A DNA stretch of 64,000 nt from Candidatus Borrarchaeum weybense (GTDB taxonomy: Archaea > Asgardarchaeota > Sifarchaeia > Borrarchaeales > Borrarchaeaceae). The notes below the pieces were generated by a model. It had not been told where the DNA came from. It ran no database searches and saw only the letters and a list, made by a program, of their open reading frames with translations. Numbering within the stretch: position 1 is the first letter of the stretch; each line of letters starts with the position of its first letter. The stretch is from contig JAHQJS010000004.1 in the NCBI GenBank assembly GCA_019057385.1, positions 448,001 through 512,000 of the forward strand, in the 5' to 3' direction. A program made the translations under genes and the position numbers. This document shows, in pieces, positions 18,910 through 28,832 of the stretch.

Positions 18910-21900
18910 CTAAATCGCCTTACTTTTCGCGGTGTATCCCGATAATAACTCACTATTTATCAGTTCTATCAAATGGTCATTTGTCGACAGGATTCCTGTT
19001 AGATCTCTTCCTTTTACTGCTGGAGCTATGAGAACTTCTTCGCTATCTCGCGAAATTACATAGATCTTCGGATCAGGATAGTTTCTAACTCGGACATTTC
19101 CACGCTCTTGAAGTTGCCCTGCATCTTTCATATTAGCTTCAGCTAATTCTGTAACACATGTGACACGTATCGTTTTCTTAATATTTGATAAAGAATCTAC
19201 TGGTATATCTTCAAATTTTGGCGTTACTAAAATGAGATTTGCTTTTGTTCTGTCTATAATAGCCTTTATGTTGAAAAGGATATTTGCATCCCCAACCACA
19301 CGGTATGTCTGTTCAACTGGCAAAGGTTCTGCTTTTCTTGAAAGTTTTTGAATTGTGCCTAGCACACGGGCTGCCTTATTGCTTGCGGCTACCGCAGCTT
19401 CTAGTTCAGACGGGATTACATTGACCACTTCAGTTAATTCTTTTTCGATTCCTTCGACTCGATTAGTGACTATTTGGAGCAGTTCATCTTTGTGGGTAAC
19501 TACAGTGCCTTCATAGTTCTGAATTTGTGAAGAAGTTGTCTCAGATAATTTTTCATTAAGTTGTTTTGTTGCTGTTTCGACTTCTATGCCTAAATTCTCC
19601 AGAAATTCATTAATGTTGTCAATACTACTATATATGTTCTCGCGGTATTTTGTAGTTTGTACAGAGAGTAAATTAGAGAAGGATCCCTTAAAATCAACAG
19701 TTCCTTCAAGGATCGTTGTTGAAGGCCTTGATAAGAGTTGATCCAATCTTGTGATTATCTGCTCCAGTCGAGTATCAAATTTTGCAAGATAATCTTTCCC
19801 GCTGGCTATAAGTGCGTCTTTTAATTCGTCTACCTTTTGTTTTACGGATGTATTCGCTTGATCCAATATCTTATCGAATTTAGTTAGTATCGTCTCAATA
19901 TCTCCAGTAATTATCCCCTCTTTCTCCCCTAAAACGTCAAAAATGGTCTTTTTGATCTCAGAGATCTCGGAATCTGCTTCTTTGACTTTTTCATTTACGC
20001 TAACGGAAAGTGTATCAAGTTCTGTTGTAACCTCTTTAAGTTCCGTGGCTCCTTCTGTAGTTTTTTCTAACTTTTCAAGAAGGGCTTTTGCTTGAGGTTC
20101 AAACTTTTGTATGATATTCGAGTCAAGTTCAGCTAAAGTTGAAGCCGATTCATCTAATGTCCCTGATAGTTTGTTTAGCATATCTTCTGTCTCTGAAAGT
20201 TTGGTGTTAAGTGTTGAATTAAATCCCGATACTTTTTGAATAGTTTCTTCAAGTACATTCAATACAATCTCTGATAGATTCTGTTTCAACTCCATCAGAT
20301 GTGATGTCGAAGCACCTATCTTCTCCTCAGTTATTTTTTCAATTAAAGTTTCAACAGATTGTTCAGTTTCCGTTTTTCTTGTATTAATTTCGTCTTCAGC
20401 TTTTTCTTGTAACGCTGAGTTATTGCGTTCTATCTCTGCTCCCTTTTCGTTTAGGATAGTATTCGTATTCTCTTGTAGAGAATTTAAATTGCTTTCATTT
20501 ATTTCTTTAAGAGAGTTTGCTAGAGACTCAACATTCGTTTTTATCGTGTTGAGCAGTGAATCCTGCGCTGTTATCTCTTCAATGGTTCTTGTAGTTGTAT
20601 TCATTTTATGTTGTATCAAAGTAGATACAATCTTTTCTTCGTATTGAGAAAATGACTCGTTGAACTGTTCTACCCAACTATTGCTGGATTCGTGATTCGC
20701 GTCTCGAAGATTTTCAAGGATTTTAGTGAGGGCATCGCGTAAATTGGTCGTAAGTTCCTTCCTTTCATTCATGTTTGACTTTAATTGTGAATCTATTTGT
20801 TTTCCAGCCGTTTCTAAACTCTTAGTGTTTATAGTAGCTGTTTTTTGAATTTCTTCAAAAGCAGTTTTAGCCTCATTAAGTTTCTCGGTGAGTACTTTTC
20901 CAGCAGTATAGGTCATTTCATTGATCGCTTCTTTATTTTCTTCCAATCTGAGCACAACAGATTCTTTAGCCTCTGAATTATTGGTTTTTAAACCATTAGT
21001 GAAGCGTTCTAACGCATTCTCTATCTCTTTTTGAAAAGCACCTTGGAAGGTGGATGCAAAGTTTGAAACGATTGTTTCATAGGTTGTGTTCATTTTTTCA
21101 AAATTGGATTCGGCGTCTTTTTCTATGGTCTCCACTCTGTATGTCATATTTCGGCTAATATTATCCAATAGGGATGATACTCCCACCTCATACGCATCAG
21201 TATTCGTGTTTATTACATCTCTGACCTGTGCCCTCAATGACTGCAATTCCCCCTCCATTGATGCCAATTGATCCATAAATTCCTCTAATCCTGCCTTGCG
21301 CAAGCCGAATAAACTGCTGGCTTTTTCTTCGGTCTTCGTTTTTAAAACTTCAACGATAGACAAGAGTCGTCCAGAAGTGTCCGCGAAGCGTATGTCAAGT
21401 TGACTTATTCGATCCTTATGCTCCTCTAACTCTTTCTCGATGACATTTGGTACTTCATCTCTTATTCCCATGCTTTCTGTGAGCACATTGTCGATGAACG
21501 TTTTCATAAGTTCCATATTTTGCTTTTTTGACTCCTCCAGTTGTTTAAGCACATTTTGAGAGGTTTCCTCAATATGGACCGCAGTTTTTCCTTTTACATC
21601 TGTGAACTGCTTGTCCATATTTTTATTGCTAACCGAGAACATCTCTAAAAGATCTGTCTGGGTCTTTTCATTTGATTCTTTTAGTTTTCCGTGTTCTATA
21701 TTGAATTGTTCTTTAATTTGTTCTTGTGTTGTATCTATAGTTGTATTCGCTTTTGTGATCATTTCTGAGAGTGCTTCATCAATTTCTTTAACTATAGTTT
21801 GATTAGCATCTTTGACTTGTGAAATTGCTTCTTTTAATTGATCAGTTGTTTTTGTTAACAGGTCAGCATCCTTTTTTTCACTTTCTTCTAAAGTTTGAGA

Positions 21901-23508
21901 GATTAATTCCATATTTGCTTTAATTTCTGTGGTTATTTTTTCCTGGTTCTCTTCTGTTAACCTCGTAGCGTCATTAACAGAATTTTCAATAAGTACGTTC
22001 GTAGAAACAATACTATTATTCACAACATCTGATAATTCATATGCAAGAGTACTAAATCTCTCCTGTAAACGAGTGCTACCTTCAAAGAATTCTTCTAACA
22101 GTTGCTCCATCGATTGTCCAACAAGTTCGTTTACCTTACTTTTCGCATCTTTAATTGTTTGTGAAACCACATCTAAAAGCTCTTTTTGCGTTGTTTTCGC
22201 GTTTGAGGCATGTGACTTCAAGAGACCATCAAAATCACTTTTTAGTGAACTTATCTCAGTTAACATTTTGTTAAGGTTCTCACTAATTTCTTCCTTTAAC
22301 TGGTTCATCTTTGCAACAATATCGTCTCTCTCTGTATCTACAAATGTCTCTACTTGTGTATTAAACGCTTCAATCTGCGTTTTTATTACTTGATCAAGTG
22401 AAGTTACGGTATTACCAGCAACTTCAATTTTTGTTTTGATTATTTCAGCAAAAGATGATATTCCTTTTTTCGTTTTGTTTATAATTTTCGTATTTTTTTT
22501 CTTTAGGTCCTTAATAACAGCCTTAACTTCAGCGAGTGAACTTTTTAACATACCACTGCTTTCATCTTTGAAGGTCGTGAGTTTAGTATCTATATTTTGG
22601 AGCTGTTCATTAAATGAATTGGAAATATTAGAAAGAAGTGTATTGAGTTTTTCCTTAAACGCGTCAATAGATGAAATCGTAATGTTTTCTGTTTTTTCTT
22701 TAGCATCCGTAAATCCAGTTGTATAAACCTGAGTTAGGTTGGTCAGCGTTTCACTAGCATCTTTCTTAAATTTTTCAACATCCTCTACATCTGTCTCCTC
22801 AGTACTTTCAAGAAGCTGTTCGCTCTTTTCTTGGAAGCGTGTAACGTTTGCTTTCCAATCATTTATTTGTTCTCTAATGGCTTCTGCCAATTGTTCGTTT
22901 AGTGTCTGCATTTCGACTTCAAATTCGTTTGAAGTATTATCTAATGCATCAAATAATGTATCTTTAAGTCCGGTCAACGTCTCTTCAAACGCGGTATAAT
23001 TATCTTTTAAGGTGGTTGTTATTGTTTCTCTATTTTGATCCGCATCAGATTTGACGTGCTCGCCGAAATCCATTGAAATTGAATCAATCTGTTCTTTGGT
23101 TACATCAACGTTTTTCTTGAATTCTTCAAGATGTTCATTAATTACTGCAGATGTAGATTCCTGGAATCCTTGAAGTTGCGATGACAACGCGTTCTTGACT
23201 TCATTCCATTTAACTGTTATCTCGTCGCGTACATTTGACAGTCTTTGCGTGAGATCTTCTTCGACTTTTTCGCTTAAAACGATTCGTGGTTCCATAGCTA
23301 CCAGAATGTCCACTTTACCTGGAATCCGACGTATTAGCCCCTTCTGTTCAAGTGCGATCAAATTACTTTGTATTTCTGGAAGAGGGTCTCCTGTATAAAG
23401 AACTAATTCCTCTAATGTTTTCGCTCCTAAACCAACGATTGTTTCGTAAATTTTTCTTTCAATTTCATTGAGCCCGATTAATTCGTACACTTCTTCTGCA
23501 TTAAGCAT
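18910..23508 (-). CDS. TrmB-like protein (N-terminal wHTH, C-terminal PLD-like domain) with ~1300-aa helical/coiled-coil insertion
   Basis: 'IGLNEIERKIY...TLEEL.....LEQKGLI....AMEP'; C-terminal 'AKANLILVTP'-like strand and 'SRDSEEVLIAP'; heptad-rich middle. Confidence 0.7.
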   Translation of the reverse strand: MLNAEEVYELIGLNEIERKIYETIVGLGAKTLEELVLYTGDPLPEIQSNLIALEQKGLIRRIPGKVDILVAMEPRIVLSEKVEEDLTQRLSNVRDEITVKWNEVKNALSSQLQGFQESTSAVINEHLEEFKKNVDVTKEQIDSISMDFGEHVKSDADQNRETITTTLKDNYTAFEETLTGLKDTLFDALDNTSNEFEVEMQTLNEQLAEAIREQINDWKANVTRFQEKSEQLLESTEETDVEDVEKFKKDASETLTNLTQVYTTGFTDAKEKTENITISSIDAFKEKLNTLLSNISNSFNEQLQNIDTKLTTFKDESSGMLKSSLAEVKAVIKDLKKKNTKIINKTKKGISSFAEIIKTKIEVAGNTVTSLDQVIKTQIEAFNTQVETFVDTERDDIVAKMNQLKEEISENLNKMLTEISSLKSDFDGLLKSHASNAKTTQKELLDVVSQTIKDAKSKVNELVGQSMEQLLEEFFEGSTRLQERFSTLAYELSDVVNNSIVSTNVLIENSVNDATRLTEENQEKITTEIKANMELISQTLEESEKKDADLLTKTTDQLKEAISQVKDANQTIVKEIDEALSEMITKANTTIDTTQEQIKEQFNIEHGKLKESNEKTQTDLLEMFSVSNKNMDKQFTDVKGKTAVHIEETSQNVLKQLEESKKQNMELMKTFIDNVLTESMGIRDEVPNVIEKELEEHKDRISQLDIRFADTSGRLLSIVEVLKTKTEEKASSLFGLRKAGLEEFMDQLASMEGELQSLRAQVRDVINTNTDAYEVGVSSLLDNISRNMTYRVETIEKDAESNFEKMNTTYETIVSNFASTFQGAFQKEIENALERFTNGLKTNNSEAKESVVLRLEENKEAINEMTYTAGKVLTEKLNEAKTAFEEIQKTATINTKSLETAGKQIDSQLKSNMNERKELTTNLRDALTKILENLRDANHESSNSWVEQFNESFSQYEEKIVSTLIQHKMNTTTRTIEEITAQDSLLNTIKTNVESLANSLKEINESNLNSLQENTNTILNEKGAEIERNNSALQEKAEDEINTRKTETEQSVETLIEKITEEKIGASTSHLMELKQNLSEIVLNVLEETIQKVSGFNSTLNTKLSETEDMLNKLSGTLDESASTLAELDSNIIQKFEPQAKALLEKLEKTTEGATELKEVTTELDTLSVSVNEKVKEADSEISEIKKTIFDVLGEKEGIITGDIETILTKFDKILDQANTSVKQKVDELKDALIASGKDYLAKFDTRLEQIITRLDQLLSRPSTTILEGTVDFKGSFSNLLSVQTTKYRENIYSSIDNINEFLENLGIEVETATKQLNEKLSETTSSQIQNYEGTVVTHKDELLQIVTNRVEGIEKELTEVVNVIPSELEAAVAASNKAARVLGTIQKLSRKAEPLPVEQTYRVVGDANILFNIKAIIDRTKANLILVTPKFEDIPVDSLSNIKKTIRVTCVTELAEANMKDAGQLQERGNVRVRNYPDPKIYVISRDSEEVLIAPAVKGRDLTGILSTNDHLIELINSELLSGYTAKSKAI

Positions 23509-23522
23509 TATCCAATCTCCTC

Positions 23523-25829
23523 TTATTTGCTCATTTCTCGTGAAATTTCATCAATTGATTTCTTAGCATCATTAAAATCTGTTTGAACTGGTTTCTTCAG
23601 GCGATCTAGTTCCTTACCGATCCGTTCCACACTATTAGAAAGTTCCCGTAAGGATCGTGTCAATGAATTTAATTCTTCTTTCAATTTGTCTTTATCTTCA
23701 TTTATTGCTGATGAATAAGTGTTTGTTAGATCTGTAAGTTCTTTCTTCGTCCCCTCTTTTTGCCCCTCAAGTGTCTTGGACACATTTTGACTCATTTCGG
23801 TGTTAAATCTATCCAGTTTTTCGGTCTCAGCTAGAAGAACATCCAAGAGTCCCTTCTTAGAATCTTCAGCTAAAGATGTCAATTTAGAGATGGTGTCTTC
23901 TAATTGAGAATTCAATTTTTCCTTTGTTGTGTCCTGCATGTTTGCATTTGCCGTGGTTATACTATTAATCCACTGAGAAACCTGTTCTTTCATCATATCG
24001 CTATGTTCTCTGGTGGCGTCGCTATGTTCCTTTGTAGCTTCATTATTCTCTTTTAGTGCATTACTATGGCTTTCGGAGATAGTCTTTAGCTGAATTCTAG
24101 TGCTGTCATTAATATCTTTGTTTATTGTATTTACTGTAGTATTCATAGCATCATCACTATTTTTAAAGCGGTCATTAATTTTCTCTTTGATCACTGTTAG
24201 CGCTTTAGATACATCTGTAACTGTTCCATTCAAAGCATTTGTAAGATTGTCATTATGAGTTGTCGTTTCCGATTTGTAATTCTCCGAAATACTTGTTAAT
24301 TCCTGAGCAACAGTTTTTTCTAACTCTTCGGTAGCGTTTATGAAATTATTTTTATGAGAATCCAAGGATTCTGTCATATTTGTCTGTAGATCGGTTGTTG
24401 TCGCTTCATGGGTTTGTTTTTGTTCGTTTAATGAGTTAAGCGTATTTTCTTTGAGCCCATTCATTTTAAGTTTAAAATCTTCCATGGCTTTCATTAGGAA
24501 TTCTTCAGTTTCTGCCTTAATCTTCTCTACGTTATTTTTGTGGGCTGAAAGAGTGTTATCTACTATTGTTATGAAGTCCCCTTCATAAGATTCGCAGACT
24601 TCTGCTACTGTAGCAATATTTTCTAAAAAGGCTGTTCGCATTTGCGAGTTTAGGTCGTGAATTAGTTCCTCGATCCGTGTTAAGATATCTTTAATGCCTG
24701 TTTGCATCTGATCTTGGGTAACTTCAATTGTACCTTCAATATTTTCAAGACTTTTAACCAACTTTTCACTGAAAGCTAATTCAAGTTCTTCTTTCTTTTC
24801 GGCAAATTGCTGTTCTTGAAAACTCATTAACTCAAAGGCTTTTTTCATCATGCCGGTTTCTAATTGGGTTTTCACTTCACCTATTTTTGTTTCGAGAATA
24901 TCTGAGAGAAGGCTCTCCACTCCAGCAATAACTTCATTATATGTTTCCTTATGTGTTTCAAAAGTTTGTGATGAGTCTGCTTTTGTCTTTTCAATACTTG
25001 TAGAAAACTGAGATCGCTCGTTTTCAAGAAGACTTTGCAGAAGTTCTTTGATAGAATCTGCTTGCTGCATAAGTATGTTTATAGATTCCATAATCAGAGT
25101 ACTCGATGCATTTTTTTTGCCTTCAAGCATCTCTGAAAACTGAACAGATTTCGCCTCTAACTCGTTTATCAAGTTTTCTCGCGTATCATTAAAATTAGTC
25201 GAAAGTTCTGTGTATTTTTGCGTCAATTGTGTGCTTATTCCTTCGTCATGATTCTTGAGGAGTTCTGTAGAAGTCTCATTAACATTCTGAAGTATATCTA
25301 CTATTTTTTGATGGAGTTGGTCATTAATTTGATTCTGTGTAGTTAGAAATTCACCAAATTTCTCTGTTGCTTCTTGTACCATCCCTTGTGAATCATTTTT
25401 CATCTTTGTAACATTTTCATCGAAAAACGTAAGTCCTGCCTGTTCTTCTTTTAGTGCAGCGGTAAATTGACTGGTAACATCATCTATCTGGGGCATGAAT
25501 TTGAGTTCTTTAAGGATTCCTTTTAGTTCTTCAACCTCTTTAGATATTTCTGAAATTATGGCTGTTTTTGCGTCATCTAGTTTTAGCGCGATCTCCTCTT
25601 GCATAGTAGAATTTTGCTTCTTTAAATTCTCTTGGATCTCCTTTGCGTCTTCTTCTATCTTATTTTCGCCTTCCTGAAAAACCTTTTCTCCAGTTGATTT
25701 GATTTCTTCATATCCCGACGAGAGTGTCGAATTAAATTCACCAAATTGCTCCTCAAAGGACTTCGAAATTTTATCAAGATCTTTTCTAATCGATTCCAAC
25801 CTTGTTAGGGCATTTTCTACCTTTGACAT
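23523..25829 (-). CDS. All-helical coiled-coil/apolipoprotein-like protein
   Basis: 768 aa, E/K/L/T-rich, almost no Pro, no TM, no ATPase motif. Confidence 0.65.
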   Translation of the reverse strand: MSKVENALTRLESIRKDLDKISKSFEEQFGEFNSTLSSGYEEIKSTGEKVFQEGENKIEEDAKEIQENLKKQNSTMQEEIALKLDDAKTAIISEISKEVEELKGILKELKFMPQIDDVTSQFTAALKEEQAGLTFFDENVTKMKNDSQGMVQEATEKFGEFLTTQNQINDQLHQKIVDILQNVNETSTELLKNHDEGISTQLTQKYTELSTNFNDTRENLINELEAKSVQFSEMLEGKKNASSTLIMESINILMQQADSIKELLQSLLENERSQFSTSIEKTKADSSQTFETHKETYNEVIAGVESLLSDILETKIGEVKTQLETGMMKKAFELMSFQEQQFAEKKEELELAFSEKLVKSLENIEGTIEVTQDQMQTGIKDILTRIEELIHDLNSQMRTAFLENIATVAEVCESYEGDFITIVDNTLSAHKNNVEKIKAETEEFLMKAMEDFKLKMNGLKENTLNSLNEQKQTHEATTTDLQTNMTESLDSHKNNFINATEELEKTVAQELTSISENYKSETTTHNDNLTNALNGTVTDVSKALTVIKEKINDRFKNSDDAMNTTVNTINKDINDSTRIQLKTISESHSNALKENNEATKEHSDATREHSDMMKEQVSQWINSITTANANMQDTTKEKLNSQLEDTISKLTSLAEDSKKGLLDVLLAETEKLDRFNTEMSQNVSKTLEGQKEGTKKELTDLTNTYSSAINEDKDKLKEELNSLTRSLRELSNSVERIGKELDRLKKPVQTDFNDAKKSIDEISREMSK

Positions 25830-25832
25830 TTT

Positions 25833-27560
25833 CTAATTCTCCTTCTTAGGTTCTATAACTATTTTTTTTGCAAGTTTATCAAACTCTTTTCGATATAATT
25901 CATTGTTTATGGATTCTCGAGCCTTTTGACAAACTTTTTTTGCTCTTGCCCCCTCATTCGCTGTCTTGTAAAGTGAATAAGCACGCCTATAAAATAAGCG
26001 AGTAAAAGCGTCAAATGACTCTGCAGCGTATACATCTCCAGCTTCCTCATATAACATTGCAGCGTTCCTCGACAACGCGTTCCTTTTCCACTCGCTTCCT
26101 ATTTTATCATAAAGCCTTGAACCATTTGCAAGAAACTTGCGTGCATAATAGGGTTTTTTAGCCTTTGAAAATCTCTTGGCCATCTCATCACATAAAAGAG
26201 CTGCACGTTCAAAATCCTCTATTTTTTCAAAAATTTCTGTGGCATTTGAGAAAAGCACAAAGGCTTCATAAAACATTTCATGTTCCATTAAAGCTTCACC
26301 CATGGTGCTATAAGATTCTGCAATTTCTGTAAGAATCGGCGTTTCACGTTGGGCGAAAGCAATATTAGTCAATTCATCTAATTTCTCCTTAATCGGAGTA
26401 TCTGGTCTTTTTCCTGCACCTATTGATTCTTTAAACAAATCCAAAAGTATATTTGCTCTTCCAAAGATATTCAATCGTTCAGATGTTCTCTTTAATGTTT
26501 GAAAAAGAAATTTAGATGAAAAATAGACGAAGGTATTTTCTACCACTAGAAGTTGTTTTTCTTGCAGATCATTCAAGATAGTACTTATATCGTTTTTTAA
26601 ATCAGAAGTAGCTTCTAGTTCTGACAAAGTATCTAAATTTTCTTTTCGTGAGGCAATATTTTCAAGTATTTTAAGTTCCTCATCATGTAAATCAAATATA
26701 TCAACTATATTTTCATTTAGAATTGCATCTTTGCATTTATTCCAGACATTTTCTTCTATTGATGCGTTTTCTCTGTTTTCATAGAGATAACTAGTCGCTA
26801 AAGTTAGAACAAAGGGGACTCCTCTTCCTGCTCGAATAAGTTTTTCTTTCACATCTTTCGAAATAGTTATCTCATTTTTTGTTTCAACTCGTTTTAAAAA
26901 TATCTCCGCTTCTTTTGAACTCATCTTTCCAAGGGAGAACATTTCAAGATTTGATTCCAAGTTCTGTGAAGGGATATATTTCATAAACTCATCAGTAATG
27001 GAAAATATAATTATAATATTGTATTTTTTTTCTTTCAATTCTTTTAAAATTTCAATCAAAATATGATAAGCGTTTTCAAAATCTCTAATTGCAAAAAATT
27101 CCGTATCATCGACTAGAAACATAGCCCAGGTTTTTTGCGACTCCAGTTTTTCCTGAACATCGTCTAATCCTCGAAAAAATTCATCAATATACTCTGAGAG
27201 TACTTCAGATGTTGTAGTCGTTCCTTTAGGTAGCGGAAGCATATCAAAATCTGCTTTCTTCGAAAAACGTTTTTTCTTTTCGGGCACGAGAGCTACTATT
27301 TGACTTTTTAAGTCAGCAAAAAAACTCTCGACGGTTCCTGGGGTGATTGTTTTATAAATAGTCTGGAAACGCTCTATCTGCGCTAACTCCTGAAATTTCA
27401 TCAACGTAAGACTCTTACCCATACCCCTCTCACTACTAAGAATACCTCCTCGTTTTTCTTCGCTTCCTGTCTTAATTTTTGTTAAAAAGTCTCTAAATCG
27501 ATTTATTTCGTCTGTTCTTCCTGTGAATAACTCAATATTGGATATTATGGCGTTTTCCAT
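25833..27560 (-). CDS. STAND/AAA_16-type P-loop ATPase with wHTH and C-terminal TPR/SNAP-like repeats
   Basis: FTGRTDE, Walker A SERGMGKS, Walker B FLVDD, GxP motif 'GRGVPF', helical repeats 'EAFVLFSNATEIFEK', 'AAMLYEEAG'. Confidence 0.7.
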   Translation of the reverse strand: MENAIISNIELFTGRTDEINRFRDFLTKIKTGSEEKRGGILSSERGMGKSLTLMKFQELAQIERFQTIYKTITPGTVESFFADLKSQIVALVPEKKKRFSKKADFDMLPLPKGTTTTSEVLSEYIDEFFRGLDDVQEKLESQKTWAMFLVDDTEFFAIRDFENAYHILIEILKELKEKKYNIIIIFSITDEFMKYIPSQNLESNLEMFSLGKMSSKEAEIFLKRVETKNEITISKDVKEKLIRAGRGVPFVLTLATSYLYENRENASIEENVWNKCKDAILNENIVDIFDLHDEELKILENIASRKENLDTLSELEATSDLKNDISTILNDLQEKQLLVVENTFVYFSSKFLFQTLKRTSERLNIFGRANILLDLFKESIGAGKRPDTPIKEKLDELTNIAFAQRETPILTEIAESYSTMGEALMEHEMFYEAFVLFSNATEIFEKIEDFERAALLCDEMAKRFSKAKKPYYARKFLANGSRLYDKIGSEWKRNALSRNAAMLYEEAGDVYAAESFDAFTRLFYRRAYSLYKTANEGARAKKVCQKARESINNELYRKEFDKLAKKIVIEPKKEN

Positions 27561-27793
27561 ATTATCTCTCCACCATTTCCTATACTTACATACCTAGGAC
27601 TTTCATTCATTCATCACATAATAATTTCATGATTGATTATTATTAGCATGCTGTCGCGCGCGATAAACTCACCAAAATGGTATATATGCTCATCGCTATA
27701 ATGTATTCAATTGTTTTTCCGTAGGCTTCAATGAAACCTAAATATGCTTTTACAATTAGTTTGCCACTTCAAATCACTTAGGAGGCATATTTC

Positions 27794-28699
27794 ATGGTTC
27801 AAATTAAAGGCATAAACGTACCCGTCGTTACTCCTTTCAAAAACAATGAAATAAATGAGGACGGTTTCAGAACCATAATCAACTATTTGATAGAAAATAA
27901 AGTTCACGGTATTATCCCATGTGGGTCAACTGGCGAAACAATCAACCTTAGAATGGATGAACGAAAAAAAGTTGCTGAAATAGCAATTGATGAGGCAAGT
28001 GGACGCATATCCGTTATTGTCGGTACTGGTGATAGTTCTACCGATCGTGCAATTGAATTAACAGAGCATGCCGCTGATATTGGTGCTGATGCTGTCCTAT
28101 TGGTTACCCCTTTTTACTTCAAGCCCAGTCAAGAAGCGATCTATGAATACTTTTCTGCAATTGTATCAACTATTGACATCCCTATTCTCCTCTATATGGT
28201 TCCTAAGTTTACTGGTGGCGTAGAAATTGATCCTCAAACTGTGGTGCGTCTACAAGAATACTCAAACATCATAGGAATAAAAATGAGCATAACGGATATC
28301 AGAAAAATCTCCACAATGATAAATATCGCATCAAATGAAAGTTTTAACGTGTTTGCTGGAAGTGGAAGTGCTATTTTTGCAACATTGATGCTTGGAGGAA
28401 TAGGTGCCGTACCAGCTACAGGAAATATTGCAACGAGGATGATAGCAGATATTTATGGTTCCTTTGTTCAAAACGACTTCGAAAAAGCAAGAGAGTTACA
28501 ATTGAAAATATTACCTCTTGACAACTTTCTTACTGGTCCAAATGGTCATGGAATCCCTGCAATCAAAGTAGGTATGGACATGTTAGATTTAGATCTTCAA
28601 GCAGGCATCCCTCGAAGTCCGTTACTTCCAATAACTGATAAAGTTAAAAATGAGTTAGGAAACATTCTCCATTCTATAGGTCTGATAGAAAACCAATAA
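27794..28699 (+). CDS. dapA: 4-hydroxy-tetrahydrodipicolinate synthase family
   Basis: VTPF, CGSTGE, VTPFY, LYMVP, IIGIK. Confidence 0.85.
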   Translation: MVQIKGINVPVVTPFKNNEINEDGFRTIINYLIENKVHGIIPCGSTGETINLRMDERKKVAEIAIDEASGRISVIVGTGDSSTDRAIELTEHAADIGADAVLLVTPFYFKPSQEAIYEYFSAIVSTIDIPILLYMVPKFTGGVEIDPQTVVRLQEYSNIIGIKMSITDIRKISTMINIASNESFNVFAGSGSAIFATLMLGGIGAVPATGNIATRMIADIYGSFVQNDFEKARELQLKILPLDNFLTGPNGHGIPAIKVGMDMLDLDLQAGIPRSPLLPITDKVKNELGNILHSIGLIENQ

Positions 28700-28832
28700 T
28701 CTTTCGAACCGTTATTTCCGCAACTTTAAAATGAAGCCTCATCATTGTATAATATTAAGGTAATACACCCATTATGACGTTTGTAGTTTCCAATTTGCTA
28801 CATCTTGTGAGCGCAACTTAGGTGAACTAATC

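Noticed and set aside
18910-25829. Annotating the long coiled-coil proteins as SMC/Rad50 or chemoreceptors
   Set aside because: There is no Walker A/B, LSGG signature, hinge, Zn-hook or MCP hairpin motif.
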